Below are positions 37,422 through 47,155 of a stretch of DNA of 64,000 bases, piece by piece. The position numbers and the translations under genes were made by a program. Source of the DNA: a phage; the NCBI GenBank assembly GCA_036930585.1, contig GCA_036930585.1_3066.1. One strand, 5' to 3'. The stretch's first letter is position 1; each line of letters starts with the position of its first letter. The notes beneath the pieces are model-generated. The model saw only the letters and a list, made by a program, of their open reading frames with translations, had not been told where the DNA came from and did no database searches.

Positions 37422-38030
37422 TTATTTATTACGTGAAAAAGACTGTTCTATCAATTCTGGACACTTTCGTTCTATCCATTTTCTAGCTTTTTGTGGGCTT
37501 ATACCTATTATTTTAGCAGCTTTACTAACCCATCCAAATTTAGAATAATCGATTTTAACTAATTCTTCGTAAATTTCATCAGTTAAAATCTTTTCATTAA
37601 TATTTACCAGTAAATGATATAATTTGTTATCATTAGCAATTTTAATGAATCTTTTATAGTTTCCGCCTTTACTTAAACCTAATGAAGTAATTGCAGATGA
37701 TATAGTAGCCGAATTTAATAATGCGTTTAAAATTTCTTCATCACTAACATTATAACGCTTTTTATTATTTTTAATATTTTTACCAGCAAAAGTATCAGTT
37801 TGCGAATGACAGTTTGGACATAATAATCTTAAATTTGATTTAAGATGATTTTTGTTATTTCCATCAATATGGTCTAATTGCAGAACAATATGCTTATTTT
37901 GCCATTTTGAAATTTTACAAATTGCACACTCATATGGAAAAATATTTTCTTTTATTATTTTGTCTTTCAGCTTTCCTGTACTAAAATTTGGATGTTTTCC
38001 TTCAAAAATTTCAGCTAATTTAGTATCCAT
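37422..38030 (-). CDS. HNH homing endonuclease (Mob-like)
   Basis: HNH motif HIDGNNKNHLKSNLRLLCPNCH; start set at internal ATG (track start is TTG). Confidence 0.85.
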   Translation of the reverse strand: MDTKLAEIFEGKHPNFSTGKLKDKIIKENIFPYECAICKISKWQNKHIVLQLDHIDGNNKNHLKSNLRLLCPNCHSQTDTFAGKNIKNNKKRYNVSDEEILNALLNSATISSAITSLGLSKGGNYKRFIKIANDNKLYHLLVNINEKILTDEIYEELVKIDYSKFGWVSKAAKIIGISPQKARKWIERKCPELIEQSFSRNK

Positions 38031-38140
38031 AATATGATTCCCAATTATTAACAAAGGCTCTCAAATAAGAACCCTTGATGATAGAGGGTATTAATCAGTG
38101 CGATATGAGTTAATAATAACAAATAATTCTTAAAGCATAT

Positions 38141-38431
38141 TTACCATTTATAATAATAATACATATTTACGATGCATTCAAGACCCAAAGGATTCTTGAA
38201 AATATCATATTCAAGAGGACCTTTTTCTGTTTCAATAAAGAAATCAAAATTTACTGTATTAAATTTACGTTCTTCCTTCACTAATTTAACTTGAGAAGAT
38301 GAACGGTCAATGTAAACCTTTTCAACTTCAAAACATGTTAAAATGCCATAATCATCAATCAAAGCTTTAGCCGCGTCTTGATCATATTTATATCCATTTT
38401 CAATGGATGATACTTTCGCATAAAGAATCAT
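38141..38431 (-). CDS. hypothetical protein
   Basis: 96-aa ORF. Confidence 0.5.
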   Translation of the reverse strand: MILYAKVSSIENGYKYDQDAAKALIDDYGILTCFEVEKVYIDRSSSQVKLVKEERKFNTVNFDFFIETEKGPLEYDIFKNPLGLECIVNMYYYYKW

Positions 38432-38433
38432 TA

Positions 38434-38832
38434 TCAGCCTTCATCAACAATAGTGTGAGTATTAGCATTTACGATTTGCCACCAATCAAAGCGATTAGAA
38501 TCCATCGGTTTGTTTTCATTTTCTTTGATAATGTCACGGAGTTCATCTTCAGAGAATGCTTTAGCGATTAAATCGGTATACCCACCACGTGGATAATAAT
38601 TATCACCTGCAAACAAAAGGAAATTTACCTTCCCGGAAGGAACATACGCTTCCTTAGGATACTTGTTTCCTGCGTGGTCAACCACTTCAATATAACGGTA
38701 AGGAATATCGGTTCTTTCAACCCATTGCCATGCCGCTGCAGGGGAATCGAAAGCATCTACACCTAAACGATTATCTTCATCTTTAGACGGATTATTTTCG
38801 TAATCCGCATATACATAATATTCAACGTTCAT
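38434..38832 (-). CDS. hypothetical protein
   Basis: 132-aa ORF. Confidence 0.5.
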   Translation of the reverse strand: MNVEYYVYADYENNPSKDEDNRLGVDAFDSPAAAWQWVERTDIPYRYIEVVDHAGNKYPKEAYVPSGKVNFLLFAGDNYYPRGGYTDLIAKAFSEDELRDIIKENENKPMDSNRFDWWQIVNANTHTIVDEG

Positions 38833-39017
38833 TATTCACCTTTAGAAATTTTATCCATAACAATAGCAATTAAACCAATTAAAAATGCTACTACAAGTGA
38901 AAACACATTTTCTGCTGTAGTCAATAATCCACATATAAATCCAACAAACATTGAAAAACTAAAAGCGGAAGCAGAAATTGCAATAGCAACATTTCGAATT
39001 AATTCACAACGTTTCAT
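38832..39017 (-). CDS. small membrane protein (2 TM)
   Basis: 61 aa, hydrophobic. Confidence 0.5.
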   Translation of the reverse strand: MKRCELIRNVAIAISASAFSFSMFVGFICGLLTTAENVFSLVVAFLIGLIAIVMDKISKGE

Positions 39018-39045
39018 TTTATTCTCCTCAGTAGTAGATAGGGTA

Positions 39046-39075
39046 ATAGTATCACTACCCTATCTAAAAGTAAAC
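39046..39075 (-). promoter_or_regulatory. early-type promoter: GTTTAC, 18 bp, TACTAT
   Basis: motif read on minus strand. Confidence 0.6.
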
Positions 39076-39309
39076 TTATTTTTTACGAAAAATTGATTTA
39101 TTTTCTGCTGCCCATTTTTCAATAACTGCAGCAGGACCAGTAACAACAATTTTATCACCGTAATCTTCTGCGGCGAGTTGACCGAAATTATCTAATGCAT
39201 CACGAAGAACTCCATGAGGCATTTCACCCATTTTATCTTTCTTGCCAGTGTAAATAAACTCAACTTTTACATCAGCAGTTTCAGCAATAAATTCTTGGTA
39301 AGTTTTCAT
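39076..39309 (-). CDS. ipI: internal protein I-like (capsid-targeted small protein)
   Basis: N-terminal MKTYQEFIAE capsid targeting sequence; next to 57B as in T4. Confidence 0.6.
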   Translation of the reverse strand: MKTYQEFIAETADVKVEFIYTGKKDKMGEMPHGVLRDALDNFGQLAAEDYGDKIVVTGPAAVIEKWAAENKSIFRKK

Positions 39310-39343
39310 TTTGATTTCCATTTGGTTTTGTTTTGATAGGGTA

Positions 39344-39373
39344 ATAGTATCACAACTAAAACCCTATGTAAAC
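39344..39373 (-). promoter_or_regulatory. early-type promoter: GTTTAC, 18 bp, TACTAT
   Basis: upstream of the ipI-like gene. Confidence 0.6.
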
Positions 39374-39385
39374 AACTTTGTGAAA

Positions 39386-39643
39386 TTATTTTAAATCTTC
39401 TAATCGTTTCTTCATCTTAGAACCATTTTTAGCAATTTCTCCTGCATCGGAGCATAATGCTAAAAGTGCTTTAACTTTAGTTTGGTCTCCTTTAAAAGAT
39501 GAAGGATCGACCGCAGCAGCAAGTTCTTTAATACGAGAGAAAAGACGCTCAGCTTCAGCTAAAGCCATTCCAAGCTTTACTTCCATACCGTGGGAAGATT
39601 CAGTGATAGTAGTTTTTGTAGCAAACTCTTTGAAAGTTTTCAT
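39386..39643 (-). CDS. internal-protein-like small protein (degenerate targeting sequence MKTFKEFA)
   Basis: 85-aa ORF with own promoter. Confidence 0.5.
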   Translation of the reverse strand: MKTFKEFATKTTITESSHGMEVKLGMALAEAERLFSRIKELAAAVDPSSFKGDQTKVKALLALCSDAGEIAKNGSKMKKRLEDLK

Positions 39644-39674
39644 TTTTATTTTCCTAATTAATTTTGATGAGGTA

Positions 39675-39704
39675 ATAGTATCACTACCTCATCAGTATGT
39701 AAAC
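39675..39704 (-). promoter_or_regulatory. early-type promoter: GTTTAC, 18 bp, TACTAT
   Basis: motif read on minus strand. Confidence 0.6.
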
Positions 39705-39716
39705 AACTTTGTGAAA

Positions 39717-40401
<685 letters not shown>

Positions 40402-40402
<1 letters not shown>

Positions 40403-41127
40403 TATAGTACCTTTAGTGTATTTTTAATTTTAGAAAAAAGTTCTTCAAGAGAACCATCGTTTGTAATTACTAAATCGCCATCACGAATTGGCAATCCAGC
40501 TTCTGTAATATGTGTATCATTGGATTTTTGACCAGGACGAACTACATGAATTACTGTAGCACCCATCGCCCTAGCCGCATCCATTTCATGATCTTGACGG
40601 GTATCAGGAACGATATAATAATCATAACCTGAGTTAAATTTATCAAGATAATCTAAAGCAAATAATTTTACCCAGTACATGCGGTCGAAGTTATTAACAA
40701 TCAAATCCGTACCTAGGGCTTGCATCAGACGACGGACTGACCATTGATCTTCAATATTATTTATAACGTCAATAATCTTGTTAAATGCTACGGAATTAAC
40801 TGATTCTTGTCCTTCGTCATCAAAAACAAACACACCTTTAATTGGGCTTTTACCATTAAGATAGCAAAATGCTTGTTCCATAATCGTGATTACTTCTAAT
40901 TTAGTTAGATTTAAATTAGTCTCACGATCATAGTCAATTCCTTCAAACTCTTTACGAGTTAAGCAAGGATAGTCGGTATTTGCTGCAAATACTCCCCATG
41001 CATAAGCCAATGCATCCTTAATAGGACCAGCAAGTTGGTATTTAACTGCAGAATAATTGCTCATGATAAAATCAGCAGTAGTATCTTTTCCACTACGCTT
41101 TACACCGCTTAAAAAGATTAGTTTCAT
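40402..41127 (-). CDS. 1: deoxynucleoside monophosphate kinase gp1
   Basis: 241 aa; P-loop GVKRSGKDT; matches T4 gp1 by recall. Confidence 0.92.
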
Positions 41128-41176
41128 ATGTTTCTCCTCAAATTTAGTTAAGATTATAACACATGAAACTGAAGCA

Positions 41177-41707
41177 TTAAACTTCCGCTATAATTTTTCC
41201 ATCTTTTTCTACTTGAAAATACGTATAAGGAATCGTTGCTGTACATACTAAAGCCGGGTCTGAATCTTCTGTGTAGCTAAATTCTACTTCAGATAGGTCA
41301 GAAACCCAAGGCTTATAAAAATTTATTGACATCACGATTTCAGTTTTGCTATTATCTAAAATGTAAAGCGTAATGTATTCAGGACCTGTTTTTTGGGCAG
41401 TATTTTCACCTGTAAGATAGTTGCTAGTTCCTAGCATCCATTCATACATTCCTATCCATGACTTAAGTTCTTCATCAACTATAAATCTCACGATGAGTGG
41501 ATCGTACTCAAATGTAGCACCTGGACGTTGTGCTCGGCCCAGTCCAAACGGCCCAGTCACGGTATCAGTAACAGGTATTCTAATTCCTGGAATAGGAACT
41601 GACTGAGCATTTAAAGTAAAAGCAGATGTAGTATTACTATGTGGTATTGATACTACAAAGTTAGTTGTATTTGCTTGGTTAAAAATTTGTTGCAGTGCTT
41701 GCGACAT
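41177..41707 (-). CDS. 3: tail completion / sheath stabiliser gp3
   Basis: start placed at MSQALQQIFNQ (176 aa); synteny 1-3-2-4. Confidence 0.8.
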   Translation of the reverse strand: MSQALQQIFNQANTTNFVVSIPHSNTTSAFTLNAQSVPIPGIRIPVTDTVTGPFGLGRAQRPGATFEYDPLIVRFIVDEELKSWIGMYEWMLGTSNYLTGENTAQKTGPEYITLYILDNSKTEIVMSINFYKPWVSDLSEVEFSYTEDSDPALVCTATIPYTYFQVEKDGKIIAEV

Positions 41708-41813
41708 ATATTCCTCATAATGCTTTATAACTGTTGGTGGTATAATGGGTCTAAGTCCCTTCCATTCAATTCCATTTAGAACAAACAACAGAAAAGAATG
41801 GAAGATAATAGAA

Positions 41814-42638
41814 TTAGATATTTGACCAGACTTTGTTTGCAGAGAAACGTTTTCCTTTGGAGTAGAAGCTTTGGAGTGGCATCAACACAACGTTCGCCCA
41901 GTCTTTCGGGGCGATTTCAACAAGGCTACCCATAATATTACCAGGTATATATGCCTTAATCATTTGGTCTGCACCCCTAAATCCTTTCACTTGACTCCAA
42001 TCAATTTTTAATTTCGTTTTATTAGTAATAGTAGGTGTATTTGCATATTGCTTTAAAAGCTCTTCTAGAAACTGTTGACGAGCTTTAGGTGGAATATAGT
42101 GCAAGTTCAATCCGTACATTAAATTATGCTTACCTAAACCAAGGTAAATTATCAAAGGAAATTTATCCCAGTAAGGAAGAGTTTCCTTGTGTTTAGCATC
42201 ATAAGCAAAAGCATATATTCGTCCCGGCTGCGGGCGAACAACTTTATGTCCTTTTACTTGCTTAATAGTTTCAGCAAACCACTTTCTGGTTTTATTATTA
42301 ATTGCTGCGCCTTCATTACGAATTTTATCGCGCAATGTTTGTCTGAATGAATTTATCATAAGCAGTTGTCTTTCTTGCTTATTGAGTTTATTCATTGGTT
42401 TTGATTCAAGCTTTTGAATCTTTTCAGCCGTTTTAATTCCTGAAGCATATTTTGACATTGCTGAAGTAAACGTAGAGTATTTGATTCCTCTTTCTTCAGC
42501 AAATTGCTTTCCTGTCATTCCTTTTGCTTTGGCCTTTTTATATTCAAGACCTATCTGAATCCATTTCTTTTCGTTTAATGATTGCTTAACCTTTGGAACT
42601 TGGGGAGTGCTTTCATTAATTATTTGAAAAATAGCCAT
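41814..42638 (-). CDS. 2: DNA end protector gp2
   Basis: 274 aa; synteny and recall. Confidence 0.85.
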   Translation of the reverse strand: MAIFQIINESTPQVPKVKQSLNEKKWIQIGLEYKKAKAKGMTGKQFAEERGIKYSTFTSAMSKYASGIKTAEKIQKLESKPMNKLNKQERQLLMINSFRQTLRDKIRNEGAAINNKTRKWFAETIKQVKGHKVVRPQPGRIYAFAYDAKHKETLPYWDKFPLIIYLGLGKHNLMYGLNLHYIPPKARQQFLEELLKQYANTPTITNKTKLKIDWSQVKGFRGADQMIKAYIPGNIMGSLVEIAPKDWANVVLMPLQSFYSKGKRFSANKVWSNI

Positions 42639-43090
42639 TATGCCCCCTTAAAGCCAAGAGCTCGTAATCCATCTTCTGTCAGAATTCTAAATTTTATTCC
42701 ACGCTTTTCAGCTAAAGCTTGCGCTGCTTTCCATTTGTCGGTATTAACGGAATATGTATAAATTTCATTCATAAATCTTTTCTTCGCTGCGGTTGTTAGA
42801 TGTGCTGGTTTAACTGGTGGTTGTGTTTCTTTTTTAGGCTTTATTTCAATAAAAAATTCTTGCCCAGAAGAATCTTTCATCCAAATATCCATGAAGTATC
42901 TACGTTTTTTCCCTTCGGCATTACAAAAATAAGGAATTACTGCTGTTTCACTACCCCATGCAATAATTTCTGGATTTTTATCTAACCATTCAAAAAAGAA
43001 TTTTTCCCAATTTGATCTATACGTAATTTTTTTAGGGTCACCTCTATACTTTGATATATTTTTAGGAACCCATTTTCCAGAATATGCCAT
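42638..43090 (-). CDS. 4: head completion protein gp4
   Basis: 150 aa; synteny and recall. Confidence 0.85.
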   Translation of the reverse strand: MAYSGKWVPKNISKYRGDPKKITYRSNWEKFFFEWLDKNPEIIAWGSETAVIPYFCNAEGKKRRYFMDIWMKDSSGQEFFIEIKPKKETQPPVKPAHLTTAAKKRFMNEIYTYSVNTDKWKAAQALAEKRGIKFRILTEDGLRALGFKGA

Positions 43091-43101
43091 TGGATTCTCC
43101 T

Positions 43102-43109
43102 TATAAATA
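43102..43109 (+). promoter_or_regulatory. late promoter TATAAATA (for gene 53)
   Basis: exact late consensus ~30 nt upstream of gp53 ATG. Confidence 0.65.
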
Positions 43110-43116
43110 GATAATA

Positions 43117-43124
43117 TATTTATA
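43117..43124 (-). promoter_or_regulatory. late promoter TATAAATA on minus strand (for gene 4)
   Basis: reverse complement of tatttata; divergent with the plus-strand copy. Confidence 0.6.
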
Positions 43125-43137
43125 AACAGGAGGGCCC

Positions 43138-43728
43138 ATGCTCTTTACATTTTTTGATCCGATTGAATATGCGGCCAAAACGGTGAATAAAAACGCGCCG
43201 ACTATTCCTATGACAGATATTTTTAGAAACTATAAAGACTATTTTAAACGCGCTCTTGCGGGATACCGCTTACGTACTTATTATATCAAAGGTTCACCAC
43301 GCCCGGAAGAATTAGCAAATACTATATATGGAAATCCACAGTTGTATTGGGTTTTATTGATGTGTAATGATAATTATGACCCGTATTATGGATGGATTAC
43401 TTCACAAGAAGCAGCTTATCAAGCATCTATACAAAAATACAAAAATGTAGGTGGAGACCAAATAGTATATCATGTGAATGAGAACGGTGAAAAATTTTAT
43501 AATTTAATATCATACGATGATAATCCATATGTTTGGTATGATAAAGGTGATAAAGCTAGAAAATATCCTCAATATGAAGGAGCACTTGCTGCTGTTAATA
43601 CGTATGAAGATGCTGTTCTTGAAAATGAAAAACTTCGTCAAATAAAAATAATAGCAAAATCAGACATTAATTCATTTATGAACGACCTTATACGTATAAT
43701 GGAGAAATCTTATGGAAATGATAAGTAA
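43138..43728 (+). CDS. 53: baseplate wedge protein gp53
   Basis: 196 aa; synteny and recall. Confidence 0.9.
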   Translation: MLFTFFDPIEYAAKTVNKNAPTIPMTDIFRNYKDYFKRALAGYRLRTYYIKGSPRPEELANTIYGNPQLYWVLLMCNDNYDPYYGWITSQEAAYQASIQKYKNVGGDQIVYHVNENGEKFYNLISYDDNPYVWYDKGDKARKYPQYEGALAAVNTYEDAVLENEKLRQIKIIAKSDINSFMNDLIRIMEKSYGNDK

Positions 43729-45442
43729 TAACCTTAATTGGTTTGTTGGTGTTGTTGAAGATAGAATGGACCCATTAAAATTAGGTCGTGTTCGTGTTCG
43801 TGTGGTTGGTCTGCATCCACCTCAAAGAGCACAAGGCGATGTAATGGGTATTCCAACTGAAAAATTACCATGGATGTCAGTTATTCAACCTATAACTTCT
43901 GCAGCAATGTCTGGAATTGGAGGTTCTGTTACTGGACCGGTAGAAGGAACTAGAGTTTATGGTCATTTTTTAGACAAATGGAAAACTAACGGAATTGTCC
44001 TTGGCACGTATGGTGGAATAGTTCGCGAAAAACCTAATAGACTTGAAGGATTTTCTGATCCGACTGGACAGTATCCTAGACGTCTAGGAAATGATACTAA
44101 CGTATTAAACCAAGGCGGAGAAGTAGGATATGATTCGTCTTCTAATATTATCCAAGATAGCAATCTAGACACTGCGATAAATCCTGATGATAGACCACTA
44201 TCAGAGATTCCAACTGATGATAATCCAAATATGTCAATGGCTGAAATGCTTCGCCGTGATGAAGGATTAAGACTAAAAGTTTATTGGGATACCGAAGGAT
44301 ATCCGACAATTGGTATTGGTCATCTTATCATGAAGCAGCCAGTTCGTGATATGGCTCAAATTAATAAAGTTTTATCAAAACAAGTTGGTCGTGAAATTAC
44401 TGGAAACCCAGGTTCTATTACAATGGAAGAGGCGACAGCTTTATTTGAGCGTGATTTGGCTGATATGCAACGTGACATTAAATCACATTCTAAAGTTGGC
44501 CCAGTCTGGCAAGCTGTCAACCGTTCTCGTCAAATGGCATTAGAAAATATGGCATTTCAGATGGGTGTTGGTGGTGTAGCTAAATTTAACACAATGTTAA
44601 CTGCTATGTTAGCCGGAGATTGGGAAAAGGCATATAAAGCTGGTCGTGATTCATTGTGGTATCAACAAACAAAAGGCCGTGCATCCCGTGTTACCATGAT
44701 TATTCTTACGGGGAATTTGGAATCATACGGTGTTGAAGTAAAAACCCCAGCTAGGTCTCTATCAGCAATGACTGCTACTGTAGCTAAATCTTCTGACCCG
44801 GCTGATCCTCCTATTCCAAATGACTCTAGAATTTTATTCAAAGAACCAGTTTCTTCATATAAAGGCGAATATCCTTATGTGCACACAATGGAAACTGAAA
44901 GTGGACATATTCAGGAATTTGATGATACTCCTGGGCAAGAACGATACAGATTAGTTCATCCAACTGGAACTTATGAAGAAGTATCACCGTCAGGAAGAAG
45001 AACAAGAAAAACTGTCGATAATTTGTATGATATAACCAACGCTGATGGTAATTTTTTGGTAGCCGGTGATAAAAAGACTAACGTCGGTGGATCAGAAATT
45101 TATTACAACATGGATAATCGTCTTCACCAAATAGATGGAAGCAATACAATATTTGTACGTGGCGATGAAACTAAGACAGTTGAAGGCAATGGAACTATCC
45201 TAGTTAAAGGTAATGTTACTATTGTAGTTGAAGGTAATGCTGACATTACAGTTAAAGGAGATGCTACCACTTTAGTTGAAGGAAATCAAACTAACACAGT
45301 AAATGGAAATCTTTCTTGGAAAGTTGCTGGGACAGTTGATTGGGACGTTGGTGGTGATTGGACAGAAAAAATGGCATCTATGAGTTCTATTTCATCTGGT
45401 CAATACACAATTGATGGTAGCCGTGTGGATATTGGGTTATAA
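43712..45442 (+). CDS. 5: baseplate hub / tail lysozyme gp5
   Basis: 576 aa; internal T4-lysozyme-like domain (MLRRDEGLRLKVYWDTEGYPTIGIGHL); C-terminal VxGxxxxxV beta-helix repeats. Confidence 0.95.
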   Translation: MEMISNNLNWFVGVVEDRMDPLKLGRVRVRVVGLHPPQRAQGDVMGIPTEKLPWMSVIQPITSAAMSGIGGSVTGPVEGTRVYGHFLDKWKTNGIVLGTYGGIVREKPNRLEGFSDPTGQYPRRLGNDTNVLNQGGEVGYDSSSNIIQDSNLDTAINPDDRPLSEIPTDDNPNMSMAEMLRRDEGLRLKVYWDTEGYPTIGIGHLIMKQPVRDMAQINKVLSKQVGREITGNPGSITMEEATALFERDLADMQRDIKSHSKVGPVWQAVNRSRQMALENMAFQMGVGGVAKFNTMLTAMLAGDWEKAYKAGRDSLWYQQTKGRASRVTMIILTGNLESYGVEVKTPARSLSAMTATVAKSSDPADPPIPNDSRILFKEPVSSYKGEYPYVHTMETESGHIQEFDDTPGQERYRLVHPTGTYEEVSPSGRRTRKTVDNLYDITNADGNFLVAGDKKTNVGGSEIYYNMDNRLHQIDGSNTIFVRGDETKTVEGNGTILVKGNVTIVVEGNADITVKGDATTLVEGNQTNTVNGNLSWKVAGTVDWDVGGDWTEKMASMSSISSGQYTIDGSRVDIGL

Positions 45443-45460
45443 ATAATTCAGAGGTAAATT

Positions 45461-46324
45461 ATGAAGAAATCCAAAACCATACAATTCCGTTACATTTATA
45501 AATCAACAGTAACCAACCCAAAGGGGTTGGTTCGAATATATATAGGAAAGCATGAATCCAGATATTTTAATCTAGAGGATGATAATTACGTAGGAAGCGG
45601 GGATTATATACAAAAGATTAAAAACAAACCAGGCTATGCTATAGATTTCGAAATTATCGAATTCGTTTCAACACTCGATGTTTTAAATGAAAGAGAAAAA
45701 TTTTGGATATCTGAATATAGAAAAACGGGCCAGTGTGTTAATATAAAAGACGGTGGAGATGGATTTTCTTCAAACGATTTAAAACGAATGTGGTCTAATC
45801 CTGAGTATCGAGAAACTCAACTTAAAGCTTTGGCAAAAGGAAAATCTACAAAAGAATTTTCAGAAAAAATTTCAAAAATTAATAAACTTAGATGTTCGGA
45901 ATCGGAATATCGAAAGAAAATGAGTAATGCGATGAAAACTGCTTTTGAAAATGATCCCACATTAAAAATTCGTATTTCTAATACTGTCAAATCTTTATGG
46001 AAATCCGATGAATATAGAAACAAATTAATTAATCATCCAGGAAAAATAGAAGGAACGAAAAAATCCTGGAATAATCCTTTAATAAGAAAATCAAGATTAG
46101 ATACTAGAAATAAAAAACTAAGATCAGTTGAACCTTGGATTAGTATTGAAAAAGTCAAAAAACTTTGGGAGGATTTGGGAAAACCTCATCCGCAGAAATA
46201 TAAATGGTTTAGAGAAAAAGCAATTGAACATAATCTACCGGATGTAAGTTATAACGCAATTTTAAAAGCATTGAAAAAATGTGATTATAAATTTACACCA
46301 TTGGAGAATTCAATAATTGGCTAA
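45461..46324 (+). CDS. GIY-YIG homing endonuclease (Seg-like) with C-terminal NUMOD-type repeats
   Basis: RYIYK...RIYIGKH...NEREKFWISEY (compare I-TevI ERENFWIKEL); repeated NPEYRETQL / SESEYRKKM / KSDEYRNKL. Confidence 0.85.
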   Translation: MKKSKTIQFRYIYKSTVTNPKGLVRIYIGKHESRYFNLEDDNYVGSGDYIQKIKNKPGYAIDFEIIEFVSTLDVLNEREKFWISEYRKTGQCVNIKDGGDGFSSNDLKRMWSNPEYRETQLKALAKGKSTKEFSEKISKINKLRCSESEYRKKMSNAMKTAFENDPTLKIRISNTVKSLWKSDEYRNKLINHPGKIEGTKKSWNNPLIRKSRLDTRNKKLRSVEPWISIEKVKKLWEDLGKPHPQKYKWFREKAIEHNLPDVSYNAILKALKKCDYKFTPLENSIIG

Positions 46325-46853
46325 TATACTTCCTTTAAATACCGACTTAGGAGAATCCATGGAAGGTTCTTCTATCGACGTCACCTTTACCGCTCAATTA
46401 GAAACAGGTGAAACGTTAGTATCTATAAATATAACTAGTTACGAAGAAACTCCTGGGGTTTTAGTAGAAGAAAATCGCTTATACGGAACATATGAATCTG
46501 TGTTTGGATTTGGAAATGACGCGTTGAAATATCGTTTAGGCGATGAATTTAAAACTGCTGCTTCATGGGAAGAACTTCCTACTGATTCTGATACTCAGTT
46601 GTATTTATGGAAAGCTCCTCAAAACCTCCAGAAGACATTCACTTACGAAGTAACATTAATATATGACTACCAAGAACAAAGTGAATCTGGAGGTTCTGGC
46701 AGTAATTCTAGGTCATCTTCTGATACTACTGAACCGACAGATCCTCCTGCTCCAGTAAGAAAAACTCTCGTTAAAAATTATACTAAAACTATAGTTGGAA
46801 ATTGGAGTCGTTGGGCTAATAAATTAAGAAGCTATGTGTATGAGAGGTCATAG
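46317..46853 (+). CDS. hypothetical protein (gene 5.1 region), Ser/Gly-rich linker
   Basis: 178-aa ORF. Confidence 0.55.
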
Positions 46854-47147
46854 ATGTCAGGATTAAGTTATGATAAATGTGTTACTGCTGGTCATGAAGC
46901 ATGGCCTCCAACAGTTGTGAATGCTACACAAAGTAAAGTATTCACTGGAGGAATTGCTGTTCTCGTAGCAGGTGATCCAATTACAGAACATACAGAAATT
47001 AAAAAGCCATATGAAACACATGGCGGAGTGACACAACCTAGAACTTCTAAGGTATATGTCACTGGAAAGAAAGCTGTTCAAATGGCTGATCCAATATCAT
47101 GCGGTGATACTGTGGCTCAGGCATCATCTAAAGTATTCATTAAATAG
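46854..47147 (+). CDS. 5.4: PAAR-repeat spike tip protein gp5.4
   Basis: 97 aa; matches T4 gp5.4 by recall. Confidence 0.85.
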
Positions 47148-47155
47148 GATTCAAA

